This document shows, piece after piece, positions 31,284 to 41,080 of a stretch of 64,000 bases of DNA. How positions within the stretch are numbered: the stretch's first letter is position 1; the number at the start of each line of letters is the position of its first letter. A program made the translations under genes and the position numbers. The DNA is taken from positions 1,024,001 to 1,088,000 of the forward strand of contig OY730476.1 in assembly GCA_963422735.1 (NCBI GenBank), written 5' to 3'. A model generated the notes under the pieces. The model was not told the origin of the DNA. It worked only from the letters and a program-made list of their open reading frames with translations, and searched no databases. This stretch comes from Candidatus Latescibacterota bacterium. Its GTDB lineage: Bacteria; Latescibacterota; UBA2968; UBA8231.

Positions 31284-32055
31284 TGGTTTCCAAGCGACGC
31301 AACTGGGCGACTAGTCCTTCGGCAATTGCGGCAAAAAGGGGGTCGGGCGCGGCCCGTCCTTCATCCCCGCTCTGGCGGATTGTAGCCGATAGAGGCAGCG
31401 CACCCAAGAAGGGCAACCCCAACCGCTCCGCGGCCGCGGCCCCCCCACCGCATCCAAAGATCTCGTGGCGTTGGCCGCATTGGTTGCACAGGTAGTAGCT
31501 CATGTTTTCGACGATCCCGAGGATATCTACCTCGACCTTGGAAAACATGGCGATTCCACGCTCCACATCCTCCAAGGCCACGCTCTGCGGAGTGGTCACA
31601 ACCAAGGCACCAGACAGGGCCACAGCTTGGCTCAAGGTAAGCGGAACATCTCCGGTGCCGGGCGGCAGATCGATCAACAAATAGTCGAGCGGCCCCCATT
31701 CTACTTGGTTCAAAAACTGCTGCAACGCCCGCGCCAAGAGCGGCCCGCGCCAGACCACGGGCGCGTCCTCGCCCGCGATAAAACCAATCGACATCAGGGC
31801 GACCCCGGCCTTGTACACCGGGCGCATAGTACCTTGCATCCCGGTTGCGGGCTGCTGCCTGATACCCATCATCAAGGGAATGCTCGGGCCATAGATGTCG
31901 GCGTCGAGAAGGCCGACGCGAGCCCCTTGGGCCGCCAGACTCACGGCCAAGTTGATACTTACAGTTGATTTGCCCACGCCGCCCTTGGCGCTGGCAATCG
32001 CGACGGTATGATGCACTTGGGCTAAGGGGCCGGTTCGGGGAACGGACAAGCGCAC
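31276..32055 (-). CDS. Mrp/ApbC Fe-S cluster carrier ATPase
   Basis: SAKGGVGKSTV, DADIYGPS, WRGP, DLPPGTGD, ENMSYYLCNQC. Confidence 0.95.
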   Translation of the reverse strand: MRLSVPRTGPLAQVHHTVAIASAKGGVGKSTVSINLAVSLAAQGARVGLLDADIYGPSIPLMMGIRQQPATGMQGTMRPVYKAGVALMSIGFIAGEDAPVVWRGPLLARALQQFLNQVEWGPLDYLLIDLPPGTGDVPLTLSQAVALSGALVVTTPQSVALEDVERGIAMFSKVEVDILGIVENMSYYLCNQCGQRHEIFGCGGGAAAAERLGLPFLGALPLSATIRQSGDEGRAAPDPLFAAIAEGLVAQLRRLETSE

Positions 32056-32061
32056 CTGCTC

Positions 32062-33204
32062 TTAGGACCGAAAGGCCTTGCGCATTTTGGCGAAGAAGCT
32101 CTCGCCCTCTTTGGCGACGCGCGCTTGTTCGAGCTGGGCTAGCTCGGTGAAAAGTTCGCGCTCTCGTCGGCTGAGGCCCTCGGGAGTCCACAAAACGACC
32201 TCGACTAGCTGGTCGCCGACGCCGCGGCCGTTGACGTCTGGGATGCCCCGGCCGCCCATGCGGAAGACGCGCCCGGATTGAGTGCCAGCGGGTATCTTCA
32301 ACATGGCCTTGCCGGACAAGGTCGGGACTTCTACTTCTGCGCCTAGTGCGGCTTGGCCAAAACCCAAGGGCAATTGGTAGATCACGTGGCTCCCATCGCG
32401 GGTGAAATAGTCGTGTTCTTTTTCCTCTATAAAGACCAAGCAATCCCCGGCCGGCCCACCACGCGGCCCGACTTCGCCTTGGCCGCGCAATGGAATGTAG
32501 TTGCCCTCTTGAACGCCGGCGGGAATCCGCACCGTCAGGGTCGTTTGGCCGCGCTCGCGGCCCTCGCCCCGGCACTCTGGACAGGGATTGGACACAATGT
32601 GGCCCTCCCCTTCGCAGGACGGACACGTCACTACAGTCATTGACGGCCCGAAGAGAGTGCGCGCCATCTGCTGCACTTGGCCCCGCCCGCCGCAAGTGCT
32701 ACAGGCCTTGCGGCCTGCTCCATTGGCCGCGCCGGACCCCTCGCAGCTTTTGCAGCGCTGCAAGCGCGTCAGCGCGATGTTCTTTTCTACGCCCGTGGTG
32801 ATCTCCTCTAGGGTCAAGGCCACTTTGATCTTCAAGTCGCGACCTTTTGTCTTCATCGACCCCCCTCGCGACCGCCGACCGCCGCCGAAGAAACTCTCGA
32901 AAATATCGCCGAAAATGTCTTGAAAATCACTAGCGTGCGAAAAGTCCGACCACTGAAAGCCACCGCTGCTGAAATTGCCCTCAATGCCGGCGTGGCCATA
33001 GCGATCGTACGCAGCCTTTTTCTCTGGCTCCGAAAGCACCTCGTATGCTTCGGATGCCTCCTTGAATTGCTCCTCGGCCGCTGCGTCTCCGGGATTGCGA
33101 TCAGGATGGTACTTCAGTGCCTTCTTGCGGTAGGCCCCTTTGATCGCGCTTTCGCTGGCGTCCCGCTCGACGCCCAGCACCTCGTAGTAGTCCCTTTTGG
33201 ACAT
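32062..33204 (-). CDS. dnaJ: Chaperone DnaJ
   Basis: DYYEVLGV, HPD, G/F region, four CxxCxGxG repeats. Confidence 0.98.
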   Translation of the reverse strand: MSKRDYYEVLGVERDASESAIKGAYRKKALKYHPDRNPGDAAAEEQFKEASEAYEVLSEPEKKAAYDRYGHAGIEGNFSSGGFQWSDFSHASDFQDIFGDIFESFFGGGRRSRGGSMKTKGRDLKIKVALTLEEITTGVEKNIALTRLQRCKSCEGSGAANGAGRKACSTCGGRGQVQQMARTLFGPSMTVVTCPSCEGEGHIVSNPCPECRGEGRERGQTTLTVRIPAGVQEGNYIPLRGQGEVGPRGGPAGDCLVFIEEKEHDYFTRDGSHVIYQLPLGFGQAALGAEVEVPTLSGKAMLKIPAGTQSGRVFRMGGRGIPDVNGRGVGDQLVEVVLWTPEGLSRRERELFTELAQLEQARVAKEGESFFAKMRKAFRS

Positions 33205-33212
33205 TCGATTCC

Positions 33213-33863
33213 TCAGTTCTCCGCGCTCGTCTTGCTGACGACGACGCGTGCGTAACGGACCACCTTGTCGTTGAGTTTGTAGCCCTTCTCCATCTCCTCA
33301 ATGACCGTACCCGGGGTGTGCTCGTCGTCCGGGACTTCAGCCAAGGCCTCGTGGACTTCGGGGTCAAAAGGCTGTCCTATCGCCTCGATCTCGGCTAGCC
33401 CATAGCCTTTGAGAACGTCATTGAATTGGCCGCAGATCAACTCGACGCCCTGCTTGAGTAAATCGGCTTCTTGGGTCTCCTGACGGAGGGCGCGGCGCAA
33501 GTTGTCCAAGATGGGCGCGACTTGCAACAAGACATCGCGCAAGGTCTCATCCCGCGCTTCCGCGCGCATCCGCACCGTGCGCTTGCGATAGTTATCCAAC
33601 TCGGCGACCGCTCGCACATAGCGGTCGTAATTGGCCGCCGCCTCGGCGCGAGCAGCCTCGAGTTCGGCCAGCCTCTCGGCCGCAGGCTCTGCCGTTTCTT
33701 CTTCCTGCGGCTCCGCTACTTCTCCCTGCGACTCTGCCGTTTCTTCTTCCTGCGGCTCCGCTACTTCTTCGCATGACTCCGCCGCTTCCGCCTGAGGCTC
33801 GACCACACCCTCCGCGCTCCCCTCGTCCACTGCGACGCGGTCCTGAGTTTCGCTCTCGCTCAT
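33213..33863 (-). CDS. grpE: Nucleotide exchange factor GrpE
   Basis: AELDNYRKR, FDPEVHEA, KGYKLNDKVVR.A.V.V. Confidence 0.96.
   Translation of the reverse strand: MSESETQDRVAVDEGSAEGVVEPQAEAAESCEEVAEPQEEETAESQGEVAEPQEEETAEPAAERLAELEAARAEAAANYDRYVRAVAELDNYRKRTVRMRAEARDETLRDVLLQVAPILDNLRRALRQETQEADLLKQGVELICGQFNDVLKGYGLAEIEAIGQPFDPEVHEALAEVPDDEHTPGTVIEEMEKGYKLNDKVVRYARVVVSKTSAEN
33687..33768. repeat. 37-bp perfect direct repeat (period 45 bp) in the grpE N-terminus
   Basis: 33687-33723 equals 33732-33768 and encodes EVAEPQEEETAE twice. Confidence 0.95.
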
Positions 33864-33903
33864 CGACGCTCCTTACTGTGAATTAGATTGGGACAAAAAC
33901 TCG

Positions 33904-34938
33904 TTAGCAGACCAGATTCGCCGCTCGGGAGGCCGCGCAATTGACCAAGTTCACCAAAGACTTGTAGGGCATGCGCGTCGGGCCGATCACGCCGATCACG
34001 CCAACCACGCCTTTGGCCCCGGGGACCTCGTAGCTAGCCGTCACCATGCTGCACCGCCCCATCGCCCGCGGCCGGTGCTCGGAGCCAATGGTGATGACCA
34101 CGCCGCGCCGCTCGCTCATAAGCCGGGCGAGGGTGTCCTTTTTCTCTACCAAATCGACCAAACCAGCCACTTGACTAGGATCGTCAAATTCGGGCTTTAG
34201 GCAAAGATTGCGGGTCCCCGAGACGTGGAGATCGGCACCGCGGGTAGTGGCCAAGCCTTCGATCTGCCGCACGACGGCCTCCACAACCTGCCGTGAGACC
34301 GCCCCTAAATCGGCCATTCGCTCCTCGACTGCGTTTTGGATTTCAGCCATCGTCAACCCGTGCAAGCGCTCGTTAAAAAGCCGGCTCAGCACCTCTACGT
34401 CGCGCCGCGACACTGCACAACTTACTTCGACCATCAAGCTCTTTGTCAGGCCCCCACGGATTGTGACGACGAGTAACAGGCGACGCGCCCCCAAGTGCCA
34501 AAGCTCCAGCTTGTGAAAGATGCCCTGATTGAAGCGCGGAGCCAAAACCAACCCGAGTTGGTTCGACAGATCGCCGATGGTCCGCGCTAGTTGATGCAGG
34601 ATCTCCTCGTAATTACCCTCCTGTTGTGCGGCCTCCATCTGCTGCCGCAGGGCGATCCCGACTGAGTCCGAGCCATCGTTTGCTGCCGCCATGCAGCGCT
34701 GCACGTAGAATCGGTAGCCCTTTTCAGAGGGAATGCGGCCCGCCGAAACATGGGGCTGAGATACGTAGCCCTTTTCCTCTAGGCAGGACAAGGTGTTGCG
34801 TATGGTAGCCGAACTGACGTCCAGATCCTTGTGCTGGCTCAACGTCTGCGAGCCGACCGGGACGCCGAGGGCAACGTGGACTTTGACCAAAGCAAGGAGA
34901 ACTTGAATTTCGCGTTTGGACAGCGGGCTAGTGGCCAT
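33904..34938 (-). CDS. hrcA: Heat-inducible transcription repressor
   Basis: PVGS..L, SSATIRN, QPHVSAGRIPSEKGYRFYV, GVIGPTRMPY. Confidence 0.93.
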   Translation of the reverse strand: MATSPLSKREIQVLLALVKVHVALGVPVGSQTLSQHKDLDVSSATIRNTLSCLEEKGYVSQPHVSAGRIPSEKGYRFYVQRCMAAANDGSDSVGIALRQQMEAAQQEGNYEEILHQLARTIGDLSNQLGLVLAPRFNQGIFHKLELWHLGARRLLLVVTIRGGLTKSLMVEVSCAVSRRDVEVLSRLFNERLHGLTMAEIQNAVEERMADLGAVSRQVVEAVVRQIEGLATTRGADLHVSGTRNLCLKPEFDDPSQVAGLVDLVEKKDTLARLMSERRGVVITIGSEHRPRAMGRCSMVTASYEVPGAKGVVGVIGVIGPTRMPYKSLVNLVNCAASRAANLVC

Positions 34939-34994
34939 GGCCGGAAAGCATCTCCAGCGGCATAAACGCCAGATAAATACTGAGGTTTCGAGAA

Positions 34995-35022
34995 ATAATA
35001 AAGGCCGCCGAGTGCTTGTCAA
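34995..35022 (-). promoter_or_regulatory. hrcA operon promoter containing a half-CIRCE
   Basis: TTGACA-AGCACTCGGCGGCCTT-TATTAT. AGCACTC is the CIRCE left-arm core; no right arm is seen. Confidence 0.55.
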
Positions 35023-35041
35023 GGCTCGCCTACCAGCTTGC

Positions 35042-35070
35042 TTGACAGCCAATTTACAGGATCGTACTAT
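35042..35070 (+). promoter_or_regulatory. sigma70-type promoter for glnA
   Basis: TTGACA-17nt-TACTAT. Confidence 0.7.
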
Positions 35071-35133
35071 TAAATCTTTATTTTTCTTTCAAACCACCCT
35101 AAAGCATTGTTCGACGCGCGAAAGGAATTGCTC

Positions 35134-36615
35134 ATGGCCAAATCCAAAGCTAAAGCTAAAGCCAAGACTCAAACGAAAGCCAAAACGAAGTCATCTCGTC
35201 TCAGTGCGGTCGAGTCTGCCCTGGCCTTAGCAGGCACTCACCAAGCGCAGATGGTCGATTTCAAGTTCGTCGATCTGCCCGGCACGTGGCAGCACTTCAC
35301 CATGCCGGCTGCCCGCCTCGAACCCGACCTGTTCGACGACGGCCTCGGCTTCGACGGCTCCTCCATTCGCGGCTGGCAGGAGATCAACGAATCCGACATG
35401 CTCGTCCTGCCCGATCCAACCACCGCCGTGATGGATCCGTTCACCGAGGTGCCGACCCTGTCGCTGATCTGCTCGATTGAAGACCCCATCACCCGCCAGC
35501 CCTATGGGCGCGATCCCCGGGGCGTAGCCCAACGCGCCCAAGCCTACTTGCTGCGCACCCAGCTTGCCGACACGGCCTTCTTCGGCCCCGAAGCCGAGTT
35601 TTTCGTCTTCGACAACATCCAGTTCGACCAGCAAGCCCACCAAGCCTTCTATGCGATTGACTCGACGGAAGGCCGCTGGAACAGCGGCACCGACGAAGGC
35701 CCCAACCTCGGCTACAAGCCCGACTACAAGGGCGGCTACTTCCCCGTGCCGCCGACCGACTCCCAGCAAGACCTCCGCACAAAGATGGTGCAGACGATGA
35801 TCGCCTGCGGCATCGACGTGGAGATTCACCACCACGAGGTGGGCACGGCCGGCCAAGGCGAAATCGACATCCGCTTTTGCCCTCTGCTTGTTTGCGGCGA
35901 CCGGATGATGCTGTATAAGTACATCGTCAAGAATGTGGCGCGTCAGCACGGCAAGACGGCTACGTTCATGCCCAAGCCGCTGTTTGAGGACAACGGCACG
36001 GGCATGCACACCCACCAGAGCCTGTGGCAGGGTGATCAGCCGCTGTTTGCCGGCAGTGGCTACGCCGGTCTCAGCCCGATGGCACTGCACTACATCGGCG
36101 GGCTGTTGCACCACGCGCCGGCGCTGTTGGCTTTTACCAATCCGACGACCAACTCCTACAAGCGGCTGGTGCCAGGCTACGAAGCCCCGGTCAACTTGGC
36201 CTATTCGCAGCGCAACCGCAGTGCGTCGGTGCGCATTCCGATGTATTCACCTTCACCCAAGAGCAAGCGGGTGGAGTTTCGTTGTCCCGATCCGTCGTGC
36301 AACATCTACTTGGCGCTGTCGGCGATGCTGATGGCGGGGTTGGACGGCATTGAGCAGCAGCTGGATCCGGGGGCCCCACTGGACAAGAATCTGTATGATC
36401 TGTCGGCTGAGGAGCGGGCTGGGGTGCCGCAGACGGCGGGGTCGTTGGAGGCGTCGTTGGAGCACTTGGAGCAGGACCGAGACTTCCTGTTGCAGGGCGA
36501 TGTGTTCTCCGACGACCTGATCGACGCCTGGATCGACTACAAGCGCACCCAAGAAATCGACGCCATAAGACTCAGACCCCATCCCTATGAGTTCGCCCTA
36601 TACTACGACGTGTAA
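35134..36615 (+). CDS. glnA: Glutamine synthetase type I
   Basis: [47 protein letters not shown] adenylylation loop. Confidence 0.98.
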   Translation: MAKSKAKAKAKTQTKAKTKSSRLSAVESALALAGTHQAQMVDFKFVDLPGTWQHFTMPAARLEPDLFDDGLGFDGSSIRGWQEINESDMLVLPDPTTAVMDPFTEVPTLSLICSIEDPITRQPYGRDPRGVAQRAQAYLLRTQLADTAFFGPEAEFFVFDNIQFDQQAHQAFYAIDSTEGRWNSGTDEGPNLGYKPDYKGGYFPVPPTDSQQDLRTKMVQTMIACGIDVEIHHHEVGTAGQGEIDIRFCPLLVCGDRMMLYKYIVKNVARQHGKTATFMPKPLFEDNGTGMHTHQSLWQGDQPLFAGSGYAGLSPMALHYIGGLLHHAPALLAFTNPTTNSYKRLVPGYEAPVNLAYSQRNRSASVRIPMYSPSPKSKRVEFRCPDPSCNIYLALSAMLMAGLDGIEQQLDPGAPLDKNLYDLSAEERAGVPQTAGSLEASLEHLEQDRDFLLQGDVFSDDLIDAWIDYKRTQEIDAIRLRPHPYEFALYYDV

Positions 36616-36640
36616 ACAAATACTGACTACGGGCGCTTAC

Positions 36641-36679
36641 AGCAGGGGAAGATTTCCACTCGGGGAATCTTCCCCTGCT
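36641..36679. terminator. Stem-loop downstream of glnA
   Basis: AGCAGGGGAAGATT-N11-AATCTTCCCCTGCT, a 14-bp perfect stem without a long U tract. Confidence 0.65.
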
Positions 36680-36705
36680 CTATATACACCCTACGGCCAC
36701 ACCCC

Positions 36706-37611
36706 GTGAAACTCGTCATCGGCAGCCGCGGCAGCCAACTCGCCCTAGTCCAAGCCCACGAGGTCCGCAACCGCTTGCTAGCGTTGCAAGACGAGCTGGA
36801 CATTGAGGTCTCGATCATCCGCACCACCGGCGACGCGACGACGGGTTCGCTGCATCGCTTGGGGGGCGCGGGTGCTTTTACCAAGGCCCTCGAATGCGCC
36901 CTGCTGGACGCGCACATTGACCTAGCGGTCCACAGCCTGAAAGACCTGCCGACCCAGATGGACCCCGGCCTCACCCTCGTCGCCACGCCCGAGCGCGAAG
37001 ATGTGCGCGATGCCCTCGTCGGCCCCGGCATATCCTCGCTAGCTGACTTGCCGGATGGCGCGCGGGTGGGCACGGGCAGCCTGCGCCGCCGCGCCCAACT
37101 CAAAGCCCTGCGGCCCGACCTGAACATTCTAGATATCCGCGGCAACTTAGACACCCGTATCGACAAGGCCATACGCGGCGAGTGCGATGCCGTCGTCTTG
37201 GCCGTTGCCGGACTCAACCGCCTCGGCTGGCAAGAGCGCATCGGCTGCCACCTGCCCCTCCATCAGGTTCTGCCCGCGCCCGGCCAAGGCGCTTTAGGGC
37301 TGCAAATGCGCACCGATCACCCCGCGTGCGCCACTGTCGCAGCTCTCAACCACGCCCCAACCCTAGCCGCGGTCCAAGCCGAGCGCCACCTACTGCACAC
37401 TCTGCGCGCCGGGTGCCACGCGCCCGTCGGCGCTTGGGGCCACATCGAGGGCGACATCCTCGCCCTCGACGGCTTGGTGGGCCATCCCGAAGGCACCCAG
37501 TTGCTGCGCGCTGAACAGCGCGCACCCCGTGCCCGTGCCGAATTCCTAGGCGCATCCCTTGCAGACGCCCTGCGTGCCCAAGGAGCCGATGCCCTCTTGC
37601 AGGTGCCCTGA
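36706..37611 (+). CDS. hemC: Porphobilinogen deaminase
   Basis: IGSRGSQLA, AVHSLKDLP, GTGSLRR, RGNLDTR, GCHAPVGA. Confidence 0.96.
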   Translation: MKLVIGSRGSQLALVQAHEVRNRLLALQDELDIEVSIIRTTGDATTGSLHRLGGAGAFTKALECALLDAHIDLAVHSLKDLPTQMDPGLTLVATPEREDVRDALVGPGISSLADLPDGARVGTGSLRRRAQLKALRPDLNILDIRGNLDTRIDKAIRGECDAVVLAVAGLNRLGWQERIGCHLPLHQVLPAPGQGALGLQMRTDHPACATVAALNHAPTLAAVQAERHLLHTLRAGCHAPVGAWGHIEGDILALDGLVGHPEGTQLLRAEQRAPRARAEFLGASLADALRAQGADALLQVP

Positions 37612-39140
37612 TGTCCGCTGAATACGCCACCCCAGGCACTGTGTACATCGTTGGGGCTGGCCCCGGCGACCCCGGCCTGCTGACCCTCAAGGGCCTGCGC
37701 TACCTACGCGAGGCCAACGTCGTCCTCTACGACGACCTCCTCGACAGCCGCTTGCTCAACCTAGTGCCCAACACATGTGAGCAAATCGCGGTCGGCAAAC
37801 GCGGCGGTCGCAAAAGCCCCTCCCAAGGCGCGATCCATGCGCTCCTCGTCGATCATGCCCGCCAAGGCCATGTCGTCGTCCGCCTCAAAGGCGGCGATCC
37901 CTTCATCTTCGGCCGCGGCGGCGAAGAGGCTCTGCATCTGCGCCGGGCCGGCATCCCCTTTGAAATCGTCTCCGGCGTCTCCGCGGCCTCTGGCGTCTTG
38001 GCCTACGCGGGCATTCCCCTAACTCACCGCGGCATTGCCTCGGCCGCACTGCTGGTCACTGGCAACGAGGATCCGGCCAAGCCCGACGCGGCCATCGACT
38101 GGGATCAGCTAGCGGCCTTTGACGGCACCCTCGTCATCTTCATGGCCGTCCACAAGCTCGCCAGTATATGCCAGCATCTCATCGCTCGGGGCCGGCCAGC
38201 CCCGACACCGGCCGCAGCTATCGAATGGGGAACTTGGCCCGATCAGCGCACGGTCGTCGCCGACCTCCAACACCTGCCGGCCCAAGCTGTTGCCCGGCAA
38301 ATCCGCTCGCCGGCCCTCATCGCAATCGGCCCAGTCGTCGCGCTGCGACAAGACCTCAACTGGTTTGAGAGCAAACCGCTCTTTGGCCGCCGCCTGCTCG
38401 TCACCCGCAGCCGCGAACAGGCCGGTCCCCTCCAGCACCGCCTCGAAGCCGAAGGGGCGGCCGTATCGACGCTGCCCCTCCTGCACATCGGCCCGCCCGA
38501 CGACTGGACGGCTGTGGATGCGGCCCAAGACCGGCTCGGGGACGCTGCTTGGGTCGTCTTTACTAGCCCCAACAGCGTGGCCTTTTTTTGTGACCGGCTC
38601 TACCAGCGCGGCCTCGACGCCCGGGCCTTTGCTCACACTCGCATAGCGGCCGTCGGCTTGGCTACGGCCGCGGCACTGCGCCAACAGGGCTTAGTCGCCG
38701 ACCTCGTGCCCCCGAGCCAATCGCAGGCCGCGCTAGCGAGGGCCTTCTCCGCATTCGATGTGGCCGGCCAACCGATCCTCTTGCCGGCCTCTTCCATTGG
38801 GCGCACCGAACTCGCCGATACGCTCGCGGCACGGGGTGCCCAAGTTCACCACCTAACGACGTACATAAATCGCCTGCCGGACCAAGTCGAGCTCCCCGCC
38901 GTGCTAGCCGAGAACAAACTCGATCTCATCGTCTTTGCCAGTCCCTCCAGCGTCCACAATTTTCATCAGGTCCTAGGGTCAGAACGCGCGGAGGCCGTTT
39001 TAGCCCACACCCACATCGCCTGCATTGGCCCGACCACAGCCGCGGCCGTGCGCCAGCTCGGGTTTGCCGTTCACGTGCAGCCCAGCGAAAGCAGTATCCC
39101 CGCCCTCGTCCAATCCATCGTCGCTTTCTACGCCCCGTGA
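37611..39140 (+). CDS. cobA: Uroporphyrinogen-III C-methyltransferase / uroporphyrinogen-III synthase fusion (CobA-HemD)
   Basis: VGAGPGDPGLLT, RLKGGDPFIFGRGGEE, then PLFGRRLLVTR, VFTSPNSV, FASPSSV, CIGPTTA. Confidence 0.95.
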   Translation: MSAEYATPGTVYIVGAGPGDPGLLTLKGLRYLREANVVLYDDLLDSRLLNLVPNTCEQIAVGKRGGRKSPSQGAIHALLVDHARQGHVVVRLKGGDPFIFGRGGEEALHLRRAGIPFEIVSGVSAASGVLAYAGIPLTHRGIASAALLVTGNEDPAKPDAAIDWDQLAAFDGTLVIFMAVHKLASICQHLIARGRPAPTPAAAIEWGTWPDQRTVVADLQHLPAQAVARQIRSPALIAIGPVVALRQDLNWFESKPLFGRRLLVTRSREQAGPLQHRLEAEGAAVSTLPLLHIGPPDDWTAVDAAQDRLGDAAWVVFTSPNSVAFFCDRLYQRGLDARAFAHTRIAAVGLATAAALRQQGLVADLVPPSQSQAALARAFSAFDVAGQPILLPASSIGRTELADTLAARGAQVHHLTTYINRLPDQVELPAVLAENKLDLIVFASPSSVHNFHQVLGSERAEAVLAHTHIACIGPTTAAAVRQLGFAVHVQPSESSIPALVQSIVAFYAP

Positions 39141-40150
39141 AGACCTACCCAGCCGGCAAGCTACCCCCCGCTGAACTAGGCCGTCTGCTCGAAGCCTATA
39201 CTCACCGCCACGAACGCCTGCTCGTACCGCCGGCCGTGGGCGAGGACTCGGCGGTCATCGACTGCGGCGACCGCTTGCTAGTGGCCAAAACCGACCCCAT
39301 CACTTTCGCCAGCGACGAGATTGGCTGGTACGCGGTCCACGTCAATGCCAACGATATTGCCGCCATGGGAGCGACGCCCCGCTTCTTCCTCAGCACCATC
39401 CTCCTCCCCGAGGGGCATGCCACGCCCGAGCTTGCGGAATCCATTTTCCGCTCCATCCACCAAGCTGCCGGGGGCTTGGGCATCGCCGTCTGCGGCGGCC
39501 ACACGGAGGTGACCTACGGGATCGACCGCCCCTTAGTCATCGGCCAGATGCTCGGGGAAACCACGCCCGACCGCTTGGTGCGCTCTTCGGACTTGCAGCC
39601 CGGCCACGCCCTACTCCTGACTAAGGGCTTGGGCATTGAAGCCACCGCCATCATCGCCCGCGAAAAACGCGCACAACTGCGCGATCTCGGCTGTACGCCC
39701 GCCTTTTTGGACGCCTGCGCCGACTTTCTTCACACCCCTGGCATCAGCGTCGTGCGCGATGCTCAAGTCGCCGTCCAAGCCGGACAAGTCACCTCCATGC
39801 ACGACCCAACCGAAGGTGGGGTCGCCACGGGCCTGTGGGAATTGGCCACCGCATCTGCTGTGGGTGCCGAAATCGACTCCCACGCGCTGCCCATCGATCC
39901 GGCCACAGCACACCTCTGTGCGGCCTTTGAACTCGATCCTCTCGGAGTGATTTCCTCGGGTGCGCTGCTGATCGGCTGCGCGGCCGATTCCGCCGACGCC
40001 ATACTCACGGCCCTGCACGACGCCAACATAGCCGTAGCCCGCATCGGCACGGTGCGGCCATCTTCCTTCGGGCTTCAGCTACGCCGCGACGGCCATCTGA
40101 CGCCATTGCCCACTTTTCCGGTGGACGAAATCGCACGCCTCTTTATCTAA
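39137..40150 (+). CDS. AIR synthase-related / HypE-like protein
   Basis: GKLP, GEDSAVID, KTDPITFA, NANDIA, GGHTEVT, MHDPTEGG. Confidence 0.9.
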   Translation: MKTYPAGKLPPAELGRLLEAYTHRHERLLVPPAVGEDSAVIDCGDRLLVAKTDPITFASDEIGWYAVHVNANDIAAMGATPRFFLSTILLPEGHATPELAESIFRSIHQAAGGLGIAVCGGHTEVTYGIDRPLVIGQMLGETTPDRLVRSSDLQPGHALLLTKGLGIEATAIIAREKRAQLRDLGCTPAFLDACADFLHTPGISVVRDAQVAVQAGQVTSMHDPTEGGVATGLWELATASAVGAEIDSHALPIDPATAHLCAAFELDPLGVISSGALLIGCAADSADAILTALHDANIAVARIGTVRPSSFGLQLRRDGHLTPLPTFPVDEIARLFI

Positions 40151-40549
40151 GAAGCTGTCTGGAAATTCCGGGTGTGTCCCGAGCACGGGTGCAAACGTGG
40201 CGAACAAGGCGGGTAAAGCCACCTATATTTCGGTGACGGCCCCTTGCCGACGAAGCTCGCGCTGGGGCATCGAGGTCTTCGTCCACAATGGCCACGGCGG
40301 CCCGGCCGGTTGGCACCGCGCAGGAACCGTGGACATCGCCATGCACGAGGAGGTCTGGGAGGATCGGGTTTTCGATGTCGTCGATCTCGGCACCGTGCCC
40401 AACGACCGGGAGATTCTCGTCGACGAGGATGGCTGCTGCTGGAGCAGGGACGCTGGTACCACGTCGCCGCCCCGTTCGTTTCGCACGTAATAGTTTTCTA
40501 GAACCGCACTAATAAGGGAGGGCTACCCGATGCCTCCATCCGGCAGGGC

Positions 40550-40930
40550 GTGATCTGTCTGGGCGGGGACGGGTAGCGTATCGCGGTCCGGGGTAAAGCT
40601 GGTGCAACAGCGGTTGACCGATCGCTGGCAGCCTTGGGGGTTAAGGGCGCGCTGCCGGACGACCTCGAGACGCCTCAGCTCCTCCACGCCTTTGGCCCCG
40701 ACGCGTATCGCTTATGCACCGGAACTAGGTCTGTTCGATCCGGCCACCGATCTGGGCGACGAGGTGAGTGCCGGCGATCTGTGCGGCCAGGTCCTGTTTC
40801 CGGAGAATCCTTCGCGCCCCCGGGCCCGTCACTTTTCGAGGCGAGGGTACGGGGGTCTGCAAACGGCACCTGGGCAGGGTGGAAGCCGGAGACTGCGTCG
40901 CCCACCTAGCAGCCCCTGTAAGCGACTGAC
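40550..40930 (+). pseudogene. C-terminal remnant of a succinylglutamate desuccinylase/aspartoacylase-family protein
   Basis: Fragments across frames: YAPELGLFDP..DLGDEVSAGDLCGQV.FPE.P and CKRH.GRVEAGDCVAHLA. Confidence 0.55.
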
Positions 40931-41080
40931 CATCTCCCGCCAACCCTTCACTCTATAGTGTCAGGTCTGGAGCACCATCTCGTGGATGTTTTTGCCCGCG
41001 AATAGATAAAGACGGTCCTCCGCGCGTCAGGGACTTGGTGGGGCAGCACGTCGCCCAACACCGCCCTGACCCCCTAAACC

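Noticed and set aside
31361-32695. 444-aa alternative-frame ORF over mrp/dnaJ, and similar long shadows (10173-10985, 35227-36114)
   Set aside because: Low-complexity Arg/Pro-rich or antisense translations overlapping well-supported genes, as expected in GC-rich DNA.
37611-39140. CobA-HemD (and IspD-IspF) fusions as novelties
   Set aside because: Both fusions are well known and widespread.
40197-40490. 97-aa ORF at the island's left edge
   Set aside because: No clear RBS or motif; may be a fragment and cannot be supported.
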